In this document: in pieces, positions 30,353 through 41,197 of the stretch
Layout: the number at the start of each line of letters is the position of its first letter
How positions within the stretch are numbered: the first letter of the stretch is position 1
Origin: an uncultured Methanoregulaceae archaeon
GTDB lineage: Archaea; Halobacteriota; Methanomicrobia; Methanomicrobiales; Methanospirillaceae
NCBI GenBank assembly: GCA_963701095.1
Contig: OY969564.1
Span: 1,440,001 to 1,504,000, forward strand
Direction of reading: 5' to 3'
DNA: 64,000 nucleotides
Position numbers and translations under genes: made by a program
The notes under the pieces: generated by a model
Told to the model about the DNA's origin: nothing
The model's database searches: none
The model's input: only the letters and a program-made list of their open reading frames with translations

Positions 30353-31105
30353 TCAGGGGGTTCTGTTTTTGGCCGGATGGTCTCCCCATTGTGCCGGAAG
30401 GTTTGGATCCCGCACCCGGATCTCGTATTCATCATTTGCAAACGATCTCATAGCAGGAACGATGAAATCCGCAGGCGACATGCCAAAATGCGTCTGCCCC
30501 CGGGCTTTCCGTGCACCTTTATCGAGGTTTGTATCGACCATGGGAGGGATCATTTCAAAGACCCGAACAGACGTCCCTTCGAGCTGCTGACGAAGTGTGA
30601 TACTGAATGAATGAACTGCGGCTTTCGTCGCACAGTAGACAGGAAGCGGGGCCATCGGCATAAAGGCAAGGCCCGATGAGACATTGATTATTGCAGCTTC
30701 CTTCTGGTGTGAGAGGTGCGGTGTGAAGAGTGCGGTCATGTACACCAATGCCCGCAGGTTGATTTCGATTTCATCCTCGCCGTCTTCAACGCGGTACTTG
30801 AATAAATCCTCAGTACCCTTTCTGAAATCTATCATCCTCTGAATACCCGCATTGTTGACGAGCACATTGATTTTGGGAAACTTCGCAACTGCCCACTCAT
30901 AAAGTACCTGGCGTTCAGTTTCATTTGCAACGTTAGCCTTCCTTGTGTGGAGCGAGGGCAGAATCTTTTTTGCCTCTTTTAAATGGTTCTCTGTTCTCGC
31001 ACAGACGATGACCTCACTGCCTCCCTGAATGAACGCTTTGGCAAGAGCGAGGCCTATACCCGTCGCACCACCGGTGATAAGGACTGTATTCCCATCAAGC
31101 CTCAT
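30353..31105 (-). CDS. short-chain dehydrogenase (DltE-like SDR)
   Basis: TGGATGIG, NNAG, YCATK, PPMVDT. Confidence 0.92.
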   Translation of the reverse strand: MRLDGNTVLITGGATGIGLALAKAFIQGGSEVIVCARTENHLKEAKKILPSLHTRKANVANETERQVLYEWAVAKFPKINVLVNNAGIQRMIDFRKGTEDLFKYRVEDGEDEIEINLRALVYMTALFTPHLSHQKEAAIINVSSGLAFMPMAPLPVYCATKAAVHSFSITLRQQLEGTSVRVFEMIPPMVDTNLDKGARKARGQTHFGMSPADFIVPAMRSFANDEYEIRVRDPNLPAQWGDHPAKNRTP

Positions 31106-31290
31106 TTTTCCCTCGTAAAAGTATAGATGATTTTTATCAAATCAGTCTTTACTATGTTGGCACTACATACAATTCTCTCTCTTTTCGAACATGGATGATG
31201 AGTAATTGCATGAATCAGGATTTGTTCTTATATATTCATGCAAGAATTTATTTTGTATAACACCTGCTATCCAGATAATGGTGATTCCCT

Positions 31291-32433
31291 ATGCTTTACA
31301 GAAAAATGAATACGGCAAAAGAAAAACTTTCTATTCTCGGCTTCGGGTGTATGAGACTCCCGGTAACGGCTGATGGGCACATTGACGAAGAACAGTCTAC
31401 CGGTATGATCAGGTACGCTATCGATCATGGAGTAAATTATATCGACACTGCGTATCCTTACCTTAACGGAGAAAGCGAACCGTTTGTCGGACGGGCGCTT
31501 TCCGGTGGATACCGCAAGAAAGTGAACCTTGCGACGAAGCTCCCGAGCTGGCTCATCAGGTCCCGGGAAGATATGGACAAATACCTTGATGAGCAGCTCG
31601 AACGGCTCATGACTGATCATATCGATTTCTATCTCGTGCACGGGCTCAATGACATGTTCTGGGGGAATCTCTCGACACTCAAGGTGACGGAATTCTTCGA
31701 CGATGCGATTGCCGATGGCAGGATAAGATATGCCGGCTTCTCGTTCCACGACAAACTGGCTCTTTTTAAGGAGATCGTGGACAGCTATGACTGGACATTT
31801 ACCCAGATACAATATAACTTCATGGATGAGGAGTACCAGGCAGGAACAAAAGGGCTTCTTTATGCGGCAAAGAAAGGATTGGGTATCGTAGTAATGGAAC
31901 CTATCCGGGGAGGTCTGCTCGCAAGAGATCTCAAGGGGATATCGAAGATCTGGCAGACGGCAGAAACGCACAATGATCCCTCTGAATGGGCACTCCGCTG
32001 GGTCTGGAACCACCCGGAAGTAACTGTTGTCCTTTCCGGTATGTCAAGCCCCGAGCAGGTCAGACAGAATGTGGCTCTTGCAGAATCCGGGATAGCTAAT
32101 TCGCTCACAAAAAAAGAACTCGCCCTCTATGTGAAAGTAAAAAAAGAGCTAAAAAAGCGGATTATCATTCCCTGTACCGGATGCAGGTACTGTGTACCCT
32201 GCCCGCACGGCGTAAGCATCCCGGAATGCTTCGAGATGTTCAACTGTGGACACATTTACGAAGACGAAGAAGATGCACGGCAGCATTATACAATGTTCCT
32301 CGGGGGATTCTTCGATGGTATTCCCCATTACGCCTCCTGCTGCCAGGAATGCGGAGAGTGTGAAGAAAAATGTCCCCAGAGCCTCCCAATCCGGGAAAAC
32401 CTGAAAAAAGTGGAGGAATATTTCGGGAAATGA
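31291..32433 (+). CDS. aldo/keto reductase with C-terminal 4Fe-4S dicluster
   Basis: GFGCMRLP, DTAYPY, ATKLP, CTGCRYCVPCP, CQECGECEEKCP. Confidence 0.92.
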   Translation: MLYRKMNTAKEKLSILGFGCMRLPVTADGHIDEEQSTGMIRYAIDHGVNYIDTAYPYLNGESEPFVGRALSGGYRKKVNLATKLPSWLIRSREDMDKYLDEQLERLMTDHIDFYLVHGLNDMFWGNLSTLKVTEFFDDAIADGRIRYAGFSFHDKLALFKEIVDSYDWTFTQIQYNFMDEEYQAGTKGLLYAAKKGLGIVVMEPIRGGLLARDLKGISKIWQTAETHNDPSEWALRWVWNHPEVTVVLSGMSSPEQVRQNVALAESGIANSLTKKELALYVKVKKELKKRIIIPCTGCRYCVPCPHGVSIPECFEMFNCGHIYEDEEDARQHYTMFLGGFFDGIPHYASCCQECGECEEKCPQSLPIRENLKKVEEYFGK

Positions 32434-32552
32434 AAAAACCCCATTTCTCTGTGACGTAAAAATAAGTTGTCCCGGATCGATTACGAAGACAGAATGCGAA
32501 ACAGCCCGATAAAGTTCCTTAAATAGTTGAAAGGTAAAAGGAACGGCTGTTC

Positions 32553-33310
32553 ATGACCTCCCCCGAACCCTTCACGATCAGGCATCCCTATTTCAGCGCC
32601 GTCGGATTTCTTTTGATCGTTTTGGGAGTTGTCCTCGGCTTTGGGGCATTAAATGAATTTTTCCTGATGAGTACTGTCGAACAGGTAGCGTTAGGCGATC
32701 TGGTTCTTGCGATCATCGGAATATTTCTTGTAATACGTCTTCGCTGGTGGGCAAAATCCGGGTTCACCAAAGGAATCAAGTGGGCAGATGTACCTCTCTT
32801 CATCCTGCCTGCTGCAGTTTCCCTATTGTCACTTTCCGGGGGTATCCGGGTTAGTTCCGTTGTCACCATTCTTACTTTTGCAGCCGTGACGCTTGTGGTA
32901 GGATTTGCAGAAGAAACGTATTTCCGGGGCCTGATACTGACATCCCTTATCCCGACAGGTGTGTTTCGTGCAGTTATTATCAGCTCTTTTTCTTTGCTGC
33001 ACCTCACCTGCTCAATACAATCGGGGGGGTATGGGATCCTTCGTTTGCCATCGTTGACAGTGTCGCCGCATTCGGCCTTGGATTTACCTTTGCCGCCCTT
33101 CGCACGAGGACAGGGTCAATCTGGCCCCTTATTGGCATCCATGCTCTCTTTGATTTTACATCACTTATCACCCTTGGGGGATTTGCGGTGCCGTCACAAT
33201 CATCCCAGGTTCTGATCACATCAGTGATCGTTGGCGTAGGCTTTACGGCATATGGCTTTTTCCTGCTTCAGGGATCGAAAATCAAGGTGCCAGAACAAAT
33301 TACTGGTTGA
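32553..33310 (+). CDS. CPBP/CAAX-family intramembrane metalloprotease; one frameshift in the T-run at ~32988
   Basis: EETYFRG; the shifted frame gives F...H.LN and IWPLIGIHALFD to TGA at 33310. Confidence 0.85.
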
Positions 33311-33354
33311 AAGAGGTAACGGGGAAAAATAGTATAATTGTGCCAATAAACTCA

Positions 33355-34728
33355 CTACAGATTCCCCAGCAGCATTAGGAAGAAGCCCTGTGCTGCAATG
33401 ATCCGCTCAAGATCACCCATATCTACGCTTTCGTTTGTCCCGTGGACGCATGAATCCGCGGTATCCTCTGCACCCCATAAGATGAATTCCGCATGAGGTA
33501 CCGTTTCATGAAGTACGTTCACCAGAGGAATGGAGCCACCGGTCCCTTTTTCAAGAACCGGATTACCAAAGACCATTTCGAGAGCTTTTCTTGCGGTCAT
33601 ATAAGCGGGACCACCGGTAGGACAGGTAAAACCCGTAGAATGTCCAACTTCTTTCACATCAATATGAACATTCCACGGTACGGCTGCGTAGAGATGATCC
33701 ATTAAGATCTGCAACTCATGCCCTGCGTCAGCATTTGGGGCGATACGCATACTGATCTTTGCAGCCGCCCCCGGAATCAGGATGTTTGCAGATTTTTGTA
33801 TTGATGGGGCATCTATCCCGATTACGGTTATGGAAGGTTTGAACCAGAGGCGATCACCCAGAGGGCCGGTACCTATAAGGTCCACTCCGTCAAGTACACC
33901 GGCGCCTGCCCGGTAGTTTTCAACGGGATACCCCCCATTTTCAGAGGTAGCTGACCGAAGACCCTTTACCGCTACGTCACCCCGGATATCATGGAGCGTT
34001 GCAAGGATCTTTATTAAAGCAATTAACGCGTCAGGTGCTGCACCCCCAAACATACCGGAATGCACAGCGTGATCGAGCGTTCTGATATTGATGATACAGG
34101 AAACCTCACCTCTCAGGGATACTGTAAGTGCGGGTTCACCCACAGAAAGGTTGCCATTATCGGCAATAATAAACACATCGCATAAGAAAAGGTCCGGATG
34201 TGCAGCAGTAAAGTGTTCAAGATGACTGGTTGTTTCCTCCTCACCTTCTATAACGACTTTTATGCCAACCGGAGGTTTCCCTCCGAACAGTCTGATCGAT
34301 GCCGCAATCATCACAATACCTGATTTGTCGTCGGCAGTTCCCCGCCCGTACAGACGTCTTCCTTTTTCCAGAGGTTCCCAGGGATCTGTTTTCCATCCAT
34401 CCTCCTTTTGGGCTGGCTGGACATCGTAATGGGCGTACATGAGGATTGTAGGCTTTCCCGGAGGAGGTGGTATTTCGCCATACACAACAGGGTACTCCCC
34501 CGGGACCTCGATAAGGCGGGCATCAGGAAGCCCGTATCTCCTGAGTAATGTAACCGTAGCGTCTGCCATCGCGAGGACGGGTTCTTTGGGATAACCAGGA
34601 AATGCAACCGAGGGGAACCGGATAAGACCTTTGAGATCCTGAATAACATCAGGCATAATAGCGCGGGTTTTTTGCAAAACGATCTCTTTACATGCCAGCT
34701 CATCGCGCATAATAACTTCCCTGGACAT
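33355..34728 (-). CDS. M20/M25/M40-family metallopeptidase (dipeptidase)
   Basis: YAHYDVQP, GRGTADDKS, EGEEE, HSGMFGG, GGSIP, HGTNE. Confidence 0.92.
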   Translation of the reverse strand: MSREVIMRDELACKEIVLQKTRAIMPDVIQDLKGLIRFPSVAFPGYPKEPVLAMADATVTLLRRYGLPDARLIEVPGEYPVVYGEIPPPPGKPTILMYAHYDVQPAQKEDGWKTDPWEPLEKGRRLYGRGTADDKSGIVMIAASIRLFGGKPPVGIKVVIEGEEETTSHLEHFTAAHPDLFLCDVFIIADNGNLSVGEPALTVSLRGEVSCIINIRTLDHAVHSGMFGGAAPDALIALIKILATLHDIRGDVAVKGLRSATSENGGYPVENYRAGAGVLDGVDLIGTGPLGDRLWFKPSITVIGIDAPSIQKSANILIPGAAAKISMRIAPNADAGHELQILMDHLYAAVPWNVHIDVKEVGHSTGFTCPTGGPAYMTARKALEMVFGNPVLEKGTGGSIPLVNVLHETVPHAEFILWGAEDTADSCVHGTNESVDMGDLERIIAAQGFFLMLLGNL

Positions 34729-34882
34729 TCATGATATATCCCAATATCAATATAACAAATCTCTTTAACCGGTATTCTGTAGCCGGATATAAAATAAGTG
34801 ATTATCCGATCCTCAGGTTAAAGGCGAATATTAATTCAATTTAAAATACCTGACGAGAGAAACGGAAAATAAAAGAGCCGGT

Positions 34883-35029
34883 TCACTGGCTCCCTTTTGC
34901 GTTCACTGCGCCAGTACAAACCTGAAGAAGGATAAGGTTGTACATTTCTCTTTCCTGAAGAGTCGGCGGAAAACGGGAATCGCACAGTACAGTTTCAATC
35001 TGGCGCACTACATCACGAAGATTTGTCAT
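34883..35029 (-). CDS. unannotated 48-aa small protein
   Basis: MTNLRDVVRQIETVLCDSRFPPTLQEREMYNLILLQVCTGAVNAKGSQ; AGGAGG SD and an upstream TATA-like box (~35100-35108). Confidence 0.55.
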   Translation of the reverse strand: MTNLRDVVRQIETVLCDSRFPPTLQEREMYNLILLQVCTGAVNAKGSQ

Positions 35030-35265
35030 AATATCAGGGAACTCCTCCTGATGGTTGTGTAAACACCATCAAGGCTCGATCAAAAGTGAGCCAGATCGTG
35101 ATATATATTACCAGAATGGTGCGGGTTCAGGCATCGAACCTGAAAGTTAGCTGAAGTAATAAATCATGTATGGATTGCCAAGTAAGCATATTTACAATAA
35201 TCCTCTTTTTCCTGAAAAAAGATACCGAAAAATCTTTCCAAATTTTAAAAAATCTCATCGATAAT

Positions 35266-35310
35266 TATATCGGTGCAGTATATATCGGTGCAGTATATAT
35301 CGTTGCGGCG
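35266..35310 (+). repeat. 15-bp tandem direct repeat TATATCGGTGCAGTA (two exact copies, one degenerate)
   Basis: Exact copies at 35266-35280 and 35281-35295; TATATCGTTGCGGCG at 35296-35310. Confidence 0.85.
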
Positions 35311-35349
35311 TAATTATTTATTTCATCTTCCTGAGGAGACGTATCAGCT

Positions 35350-36565
35350 ATGAAGTGGCCACAATGGCTGAACAACACGGTTCTTGGAGCCGGCCTTGCA
35401 AGTTTTTTTGGTGATCTGGGCTACGAGACGGTCACCGTGTTGCTGCCTTCGTTTTTAATACTCCTTGGCGCACCGGTGTATGCTTTAGGTGTGATCGAAG
35501 GACTGAGTGACGGTGCATCCAGTTTTATAAAACTGTTTTCCGGGCACTTTGCTGACAAATTTGGTAAACGTCGTGAATTTGCCCTCGCAGGGTCCGTGGC
35601 AACCGCGATATTCCCTGCGTTTATTGCCGCTGCAGGTTCCTGGTTTGTCGTTCTCGGAGGAAGGGTTATTGGCTGGATTGGCAAAGGGATTCGGTCACCA
35701 TCCCGGGATGCAATTCTTGCCAATTCTGTGAAGAAAAAAGATCTTGGCAAGGCTTTTGGATTCCACAGGGCCAGCGACACGTTAGGGGCAATTGCCGGTC
35801 CCGCAGTTGCACTTTTGTTAGTTTCTACAATCGCTATCCGGACAATTATCTGGTTGGCGGTCATCCCGGGATTTCTGGCGTTTCTTGTTTTATGGCTGTT
35901 TTTAAAGGAAAAAAATCCAGCCCCCCATGACAATCCCCGTAAGTTAATTCCTTCGTTAAAAGGCCTTCCATCGCAATTTAGATCATTTCTCGGAGCAGTG
36001 CTCGTCTTTGGGATCGCGGATTTTTCCCAGACCCTGCTCATAGCTTTTGCGATTGTCGCCCTCACTCCTTTGCTTGGGTTTACCGTAGCAACCGCAGCAG
36101 GTGCCGGTCTTTACCTTATACGCAACATCACCTATGCAGCTTCGTCTTACCCGCTTGGCTGGATGGGTGATCGCATCGGCCGACGACCGGTGCTGATTAT
36201 GGGGTATTCCCTTGCTGTCGTGAGTTTTATCGGCTTTGTACTGGTATCCCCGGGTATTTTTGCGTATGCCATCCTGTTCGGGTTGTGTGGTGTGTTCATC
36301 GCCGCTGAAGATGCGCTCGAAGGTGCCCTTGCCGGGGAAATGGTGGGGGAAGATTCTCGCGGGCTTGGATTCGGGGCCCTAGCAGTCTGTCAACGGTGTT
36401 GGGGACCTCGTATCAAGTGTTATGATCGGATTTGTCTGGACATTTATAGGGTATAGCGCAGGGTTTATTATTGCGGCAGTTATTGCTGCAGCCGGGACAA
36501 TTCTCCTCATCTTGACAACCCGGGCGATAAAAAAGACAAAACATTCCGGTGGATCAATGCCCTGA
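35350..36565 (+). CDS. MFS transporter; one frameshift at ~36386
   Basis: G.FADKFGKR and G.MGDRIGRR motif A, GKGIR.P.RDA; last two TMs in the shifted frame to TGA at 36565. Confidence 0.9.
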
Positions 36566-36732
36566 ATTACGGATGATGGCCGCGAAAGAAAACTGGGGTA
36601 AAAGAACATGCCGTCAGGAAGACCGGGAAAATAATAATTGTCCCTGAACTTTTTTTGGCAGATTAATAAAATAATCTCGTAATTTTAAAGAGTGCAATAA
36701 TCGCCGGATTAACCTGAAAAAAGAATGAAAAA

Positions 36733-38928
36733 TTATACAGATAAGTAATCCGATGGGGTCGGCATTTGATCCTTGAGGCCTTTGCGCTTGCGGATACCGA
36801 TGACAACTTCCTTTACCATGTTGTTCGGTACAAGTTCGAATCCTGAAAACTCAGTGTTCCACATCGCACGGCCTTCCGTGGCTGACCTGATGTCACCGGA
36901 AAACCCGAAGAGTTCCGCGACCGGAGCTTTACCTACAACGGTAATCGTGTCCCCTTCACTCTGCATGTCAAAGACCTGACCGCGCCGTCCCTGGATCTGG
37001 GAGGTCGCGGCTCCCATCTGGTCCATCGGGACCGTAATCTGGATCTTCTGGACAGGTTCAAGAAGCGAGTCGCCCGCAATAAGCATGCCACCCTTGATTG
37101 CGCCACGAACCGCCGGAATAACCTGTGCAGGGCCACGGTGAATTGCATCTTCGTGCAGCTTGACATCGACCAGCGTCATCTTGAGATTCTGGACAGGCTC
37201 ATCGGCAAGCGGGCCACCGGCAAGGGCCTCATTGATACCCTCAATAATTAGTTCCATCGTCTCGTTGAGGTACTGAACGCCTTTGGTCATATCGATAAGC
37301 ATATTTGTGCCCTTTATATGCTTGACGTTCTTTGCCTCATCCTTGCCAAAGCCGGCCTTCAAGAGAACGTCGCGGCGTTCGATGGCCTGCTGGTTCATCG
37401 AGATCTCGCCGGCTTTAATCAAGCCGACGATCTCATCAGGCAATGGTTCAAGATCGAAATAGAACCTGTTGTGCCGGTTCGGGGACTTACCTTCTACCGA
37501 TTCCACTTTTCCCGTAACGGTTTCACGGTATACTACGATAGGTTCGGAAGTGACGATCTCGACACCCTTGTCCCGTTTGATACGACCCGTAACAATTTCG
37601 AGGTGCAGCTCGCCCATTCCGGAGATTAGATGCTCACCAGTCTCTTCGTTGATTGCAATACCAAGCGTCGGATCTTCCTTTGCCACCTGACGCAGTACTT
37701 CGACGAGCTTGGGCAGGTCCTTCATGTTCTTTGCCTCGACGGCAACAGTCATGACAGGCTCAGAGTAGTGTTTGAGCGACTCGAACGGGAACATATCCAG
37801 AAGTGAAGTTACCGTGGAGCCAACCATCGCATCCCGGAGACCGGTAACTGCCGCGATGTTTCCTGCGACAATCTCCTCGACCTCGACTCTCTTCGGGCCC
37901 ATGAAAATACCGACCTGCTGGAGCCGGTTTTCTTTCTTTGCAGAACCCATGACATAGAGGCCGTCACCCCTTTTCAGGCTGCCGGAGAAAAGACGCCCGG
38001 TTGCCACTTCTCCTGCGTGGGGGTCAAACGAAATATCGGTGACCATCATTGCGACCGGTCCGGTCGCGTCGCAGGCAAGCATTGACTTACCCTCTTTCGT
38101 AGTCTTGTCGCCATGCCAGATCACATTGACACGCCGTGGTTGGGCCTCAAGCGGGTTTGGCAGGTGGTGCACGACCATATCGAGTACGACCTCGTAGAGG
38201 GGGCTGTGTTTTGCGAGGTATTTCATGTCTCCGCTGCGGCATTTTTCGTAGACATCCTTGAACGAGACGCCGCTCTTTTTCATGTACGGCACCGAGATGG
38301 CCCAGTTGTAGAGTGCTGATCCGAAGGCAACTGTACCCTGAGAAGCGTCGAGTTTCCAGCCATTGTTGTAGGACTCCTCGTTCATGCCCTTGATGAGCTT
38401 GTTGACCTTGTCGATAACTTTGCCGAGCCTGATCTGCATCTCAGTCTCATCAACCTTAAGCTCATTGACCAGCCGGTCGACCTTGTTGATGAAAAGAACC
38501 GGGCGGACCTGCTCTTTTAGAGCCTGACGGAGAACGGTCTCGGTCTGGGGCATGGTGCCTTCTACCGCATCGACGAGAACGACCGCACCATCGACTGCAC
38601 GCATTGCACGGGTGACGTCGCCACCAAAGTCGACGTGACCTGGTGTATCGATCATATTGATCAGATAATCCCGACCCTCGTACTCGTGCACCATCGAAAC
38701 GTTTGATGCATCAATGGTAATACCCCGGGCCTGCTCCTCTGCATCCGAATCCATGAAAAGCTGCTTGCCCGCTAGCTCTTCAGAAATGATACCGGCACCC
38801 GCAAGCAGGTTATCGGAAAGCGTGGTCTTGCCGTGGTCGATATGCGCCACGATACCAATATTTCTGATGTGCTTGGGATCCTTCATGAGCTCGACTACAC
38901 GCTCTACCGTTTTTTTGCCACGTGACAT
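36733..38928 (-). CDS. fusA: translation elongation factor 2 (aEF-2)
   Basis: [26 protein letters not shown], diphthamide motif [11 protein letters not shown]. Confidence 0.98.
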   Translation of the reverse strand: MSRGKKTVERVVELMKDPKHIRNIGIVAHIDHGKTTLSDNLLAGAGIISEELAGKQLFMDSDAEEQARGITIDASNVSMVHEYEGRDYLINMIDTPGHVDFGGDVTRAMRAVDGAVVLVDAVEGTMPQTETVLRQALKEQVRPVLFINKVDRLVNELKVDETEMQIRLGKVIDKVNKLIKGMNEESYNNGWKLDASQGTVAFGSALYNWAISVPYMKKSGVSFKDVYEKCRSGDMKYLAKHSPLYEVVLDMVVHHLPNPLEAQPRRVNVIWHGDKTTKEGKSMLACDATGPVAMMVTDISFDPHAGEVATGRLFSGSLKRGDGLYVMGSAKKENRLQQVGIFMGPKRVEVEEIVAGNIAAVTGLRDAMVGSTVTSLLDMFPFESLKHYSEPVMTVAVEAKNMKDLPKLVEVLRQVAKEDPTLGIAINEETGEHLISGMGELHLEIVTGRIKRDKGVEIVTSEPIVVYRETVTGKVESVEGKSPNRHNRFYFDLEPLPDEIVGLIKAGEISMNQQAIERRDVLLKAGFGKDEAKNVKHIKGTNMLIDMTKGVQYLNETMELIIEGINEALAGGPLADEPVQNLKMTLVDVKLHEDAIHRGPAQVIPAVRGAIKGGMLIAGDSLLEPVQKIQITVPMDQMGAATSQIQGRRGQVFDMQSEGDTITVVGKAPVAELFGFSGDIRSATEGRAMWNTEFSGFELVPNNMVKEVVIGIRKRKGLKDQMPTPSDYLSV

Positions 38929-38952
38929 GAAAATAACCTCAAAAAAGATGTT

Positions 38953-39555
38953 TTACCTGGCGGATTTTGCAATCCTTTCCTTTTCTTCCTTTTTCCCAAC
39001 CGAGTAGCATTTTGCATCGCCCTTTGAGGCGGCAATAAGTTCATCGGCAAGGATAGCACTCGCGGGTTTCTTGTTCTTGCGCGAAGACTTCCAGACGGCC
39101 TCTGCGATGAAACCGATGGCAGAGTCGACACGGCGCAGGGGGGCTGTATCGACAGATTTCGGGACGTTAATACCGCCATACTTCAACCGGACTGTTTCTT
39201 CACGGGGACCGGTGTTGCCGATTGCTTCAACGAGCACTTCAATAGGGTTTCGTTTCGTTTTCTTGTTGATAATCTCGAATGCATCCCGCACAATCCTTAT
39301 TGCCAGCTGCTTCTTGCCGGTATTATTCTCGGTCTGCATCAGGCTGTTGATCAGTCTTTCGACGATCATCATATTTGCCTTATTGAACTCCTGGCGCGAG
39401 AACTTGCCGCAGGAGTGGGGGATGATCTGTGGGGTGAGGTTCACATACCGTACAAGGCTCGGATCGGTTACCTTTACTTCGGATACATCCCACTTATTGA
39501 AGAGCAACTTCTTGATTATGGGCTTCGCTTCGGTTTTTACTTCTGCTTCGACCAT
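38953..39555 (-). CDS. rps7: 30S ribosomal protein S7
   Basis: IVERLIN.LM..E.NTGKK, PREETVRLKYGG, C-terminal ERIAKSAR. Confidence 0.97.
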   Translation of the reverse strand: MVEAEVKTEAKPIIKKLLFNKWDVSEVKVTDPSLVRYVNLTPQIIPHSCGKFSRQEFNKANMMIVERLINSLMQTENNTGKKQLAIRIVRDAFEIINKKTKRNPIEVLVEAIGNTGPREETVRLKYGGINVPKSVDTAPLRRVDSAIGFIAEAVWKSSRKNKKPASAILADELIAASKGDAKCYSVGKKEEKERIAKSAR

Positions 39556-39560
39556 TATGA

Positions 39561-39989
39561 TCACCTGCGCGGTTTCTCTTTCCTGCCAATAACCATTTCA
39601 TGGAGGCAGACATTATTCACGCTCGTTACGACATACCGGACTCCGGGAATATCACCCATGGACCGGCCCAGTCGTCCACCAATACCTTCAATCTCGACCT
39701 CATCATGCTCATCAATAAAATTGATGGCACCATCGCCAACCGCAAAAGCGGTGACCTGCCGGCCGTTTTTGATTAGCTGGACGCGCACGCATTTCCGGAT
39801 TGCCGAGTTAGGCTGTTTTGCCTCAACACCGACTTTCTCCAGTACAATACCCCTCGCCTGCGGAGCGCCTTCCAGCGGATCCGATTTAACATCGAGGTTG
39901 AGTTCGCGGCGTGCGTAATTCTTGTCGCTCCACCGGAATTTTTTTGAGTCCCGAACCAGTTTTCTGGCTGCGAATTTACCCTGTCCCAT
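39561..39989 (-). CDS. rps12: 30S ribosomal protein S12
   Basis: [28 protein letters not shown]. Confidence 0.98.
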   Translation of the reverse strand: MGQGKFAARKLVRDSKKFRWSDKNYARRELNLDVKSDPLEGAPQARGIVLEKVGVEAKQPNSAIRKCVRVQLIKNGRQVTAFAVGDGAINFIDEHDEVEIEGIGGRLGRSMGDIPGVRYVVTSVNNVCLHEMVIGRKEKPRR

Positions 39990-40156
39990 TAAAGAGCCTC
40001 ATTTCAGTTGTTTTTGTGGTTATCGATACCCCACACTTGAGATATATACTAAAGCCGGGAACCGATTTATAAATTGTGGCATCCACCAGCCTGTCTTATT
40101 CTATTGTCCCTCACTCATAATAAGATTATATCCTCCAGCCACCAAACTTATGGGCA

Positions 40157-40561
40157 ATGACCGTCGCGATTTACAAAGAAGTCCAGATCGATGCAAGCCA
40201 CCGGCTGCTCCATTACCAGGGGAAATGCGCAAACCTGCATGGCCACCGCTGGAAGATAGAAGTCTGGATAGAAGGCGAACCCGACGCGAAAACCGGCATC
40301 CTGCTTGATTATAACGTCATTAAGGAATCAATTGGAAAATACGACCACCAAATCATTCTTAACTGTGATGACCCCATGGTGGCCAGTATCGAAAAGTTCC
40401 AGCATGTACTCACAACACCGGGGGATCCAACGAGCGAACTGCTCGCCCGTATTTTCAAGGAGGATCTCGAGGGCATCTGTCTGGTCCAGCGTATTGCGGC
40501 ACATGTCATAAAGATCCGCGTCTGGGAATCGCCAAATTGCTATGCAGAGATCGCAGAATGA
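40157..40561 (+). CDS. queD: 6-carboxytetrahydropterin synthase
   Basis: ASHRL..Y.GKC.NLHGH, PTSE, VWES. Confidence 0.9.
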   Translation: MTVAIYKEVQIDASHRLLHYQGKCANLHGHRWKIEVWIEGEPDAKTGILLDYNVIKESIGKYDHQIILNCDDPMVASIEKFQHVLTTPGDPTSELLARIFKEDLEGICLVQRIAAHVIKIRVWESPNCYAEIAE

Positions 40562-41166
40562 AGATTGTCGAAATTTTTGAAAGCCTTCAGGGAGAAGGGA
40601 AAAACCAAGGCAGGCCCTGCTTTTTTATCCGGCTGGCCGGTTGTAACCTTTCCTGTCGCTGGTGCGATACTGTGTACGCCCAGTCAGGAGGGACAGAAAT
40701 AGGCTGTGAAGAGATTCTCGAACAGTGCTGGCGGAAAAATCCACACCTAGTCTGCATCACGGGAGGTGAACCTCTCCTCCAGAAAGATGCCCTCCTGTCT
40801 ATCCTTCCATCACTTCATAAACGAGGAACGGCGATCGACATCGAAACCAATGGAACGATCGCCTTTATCGATCTGCAACCGTACGCGTCTGTTTGTATGG
40901 ATGTAAAATGCCCTTCTTCCGGAGAGACGAGTGATCTTTCACTCCTTTCCGCTATCCGGCCTACAGATAGTGTAAAGTTCGTGATTATGGATGAGAATGA
41001 CTGCAGGTATGCAAAGGACGTTCTTGATCACCATTCAATTGCCGGAGAGATATTCTTCTCTCCGGTCTGCGGAACAAATTATCAGTCCATTATCCGTTAC
41101 ATTCTTGAAAACGACCTTCAGGTGCGGTTTCAGCTCCAGCTCCATAAGATTATCGGAGTGAAATGA
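40558..41166 (+). CDS. queE: 7-carboxy-7-deazaguanine synthase (radical SAM)
   Basis: EIFESLQGEG, CNLSCRWCDT, TGGEP, ETNG, QLHK. Confidence 0.92.
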   Translation: MKIVEIFESLQGEGKNQGRPCFFIRLAGCNLSCRWCDTVYAQSGGTEIGCEEILEQCWRKNPHLVCITGGEPLLQKDALLSILPSLHKRGTAIDIETNGTIAFIDLQPYASVCMDVKCPSSGETSDLSLLSAIRPTDSVKFVIMDENDCRYAKDVLDHHSIAGEIFFSPVCGTNYQSIIRYILENDLQVRFQLQLHKIIGVK

Positions 41167-41197
41167 TGAGAGCATATCCAGTCCTATATGAGGTGGA

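Noticed and set aside
35266..35310. CRISPR-like array
   Set aside because: The repeats are 15 bp and directly adjacent, with no spacers and no cas genes.
36733..39989. rps12-rps7-fusA not followed by tuf/rps10
   Set aside because: Splitting of this operon is common among archaea, and no evidence here ties it to an insertion event.
40157..41166. queD/queE as part of a dpd (7-deazaguanine DNA modification) system
   Set aside because: No dpdA/tgt paralogue or dpdB-K is nearby. preQ0 synthesis for archaeosine is the ordinary explanation.
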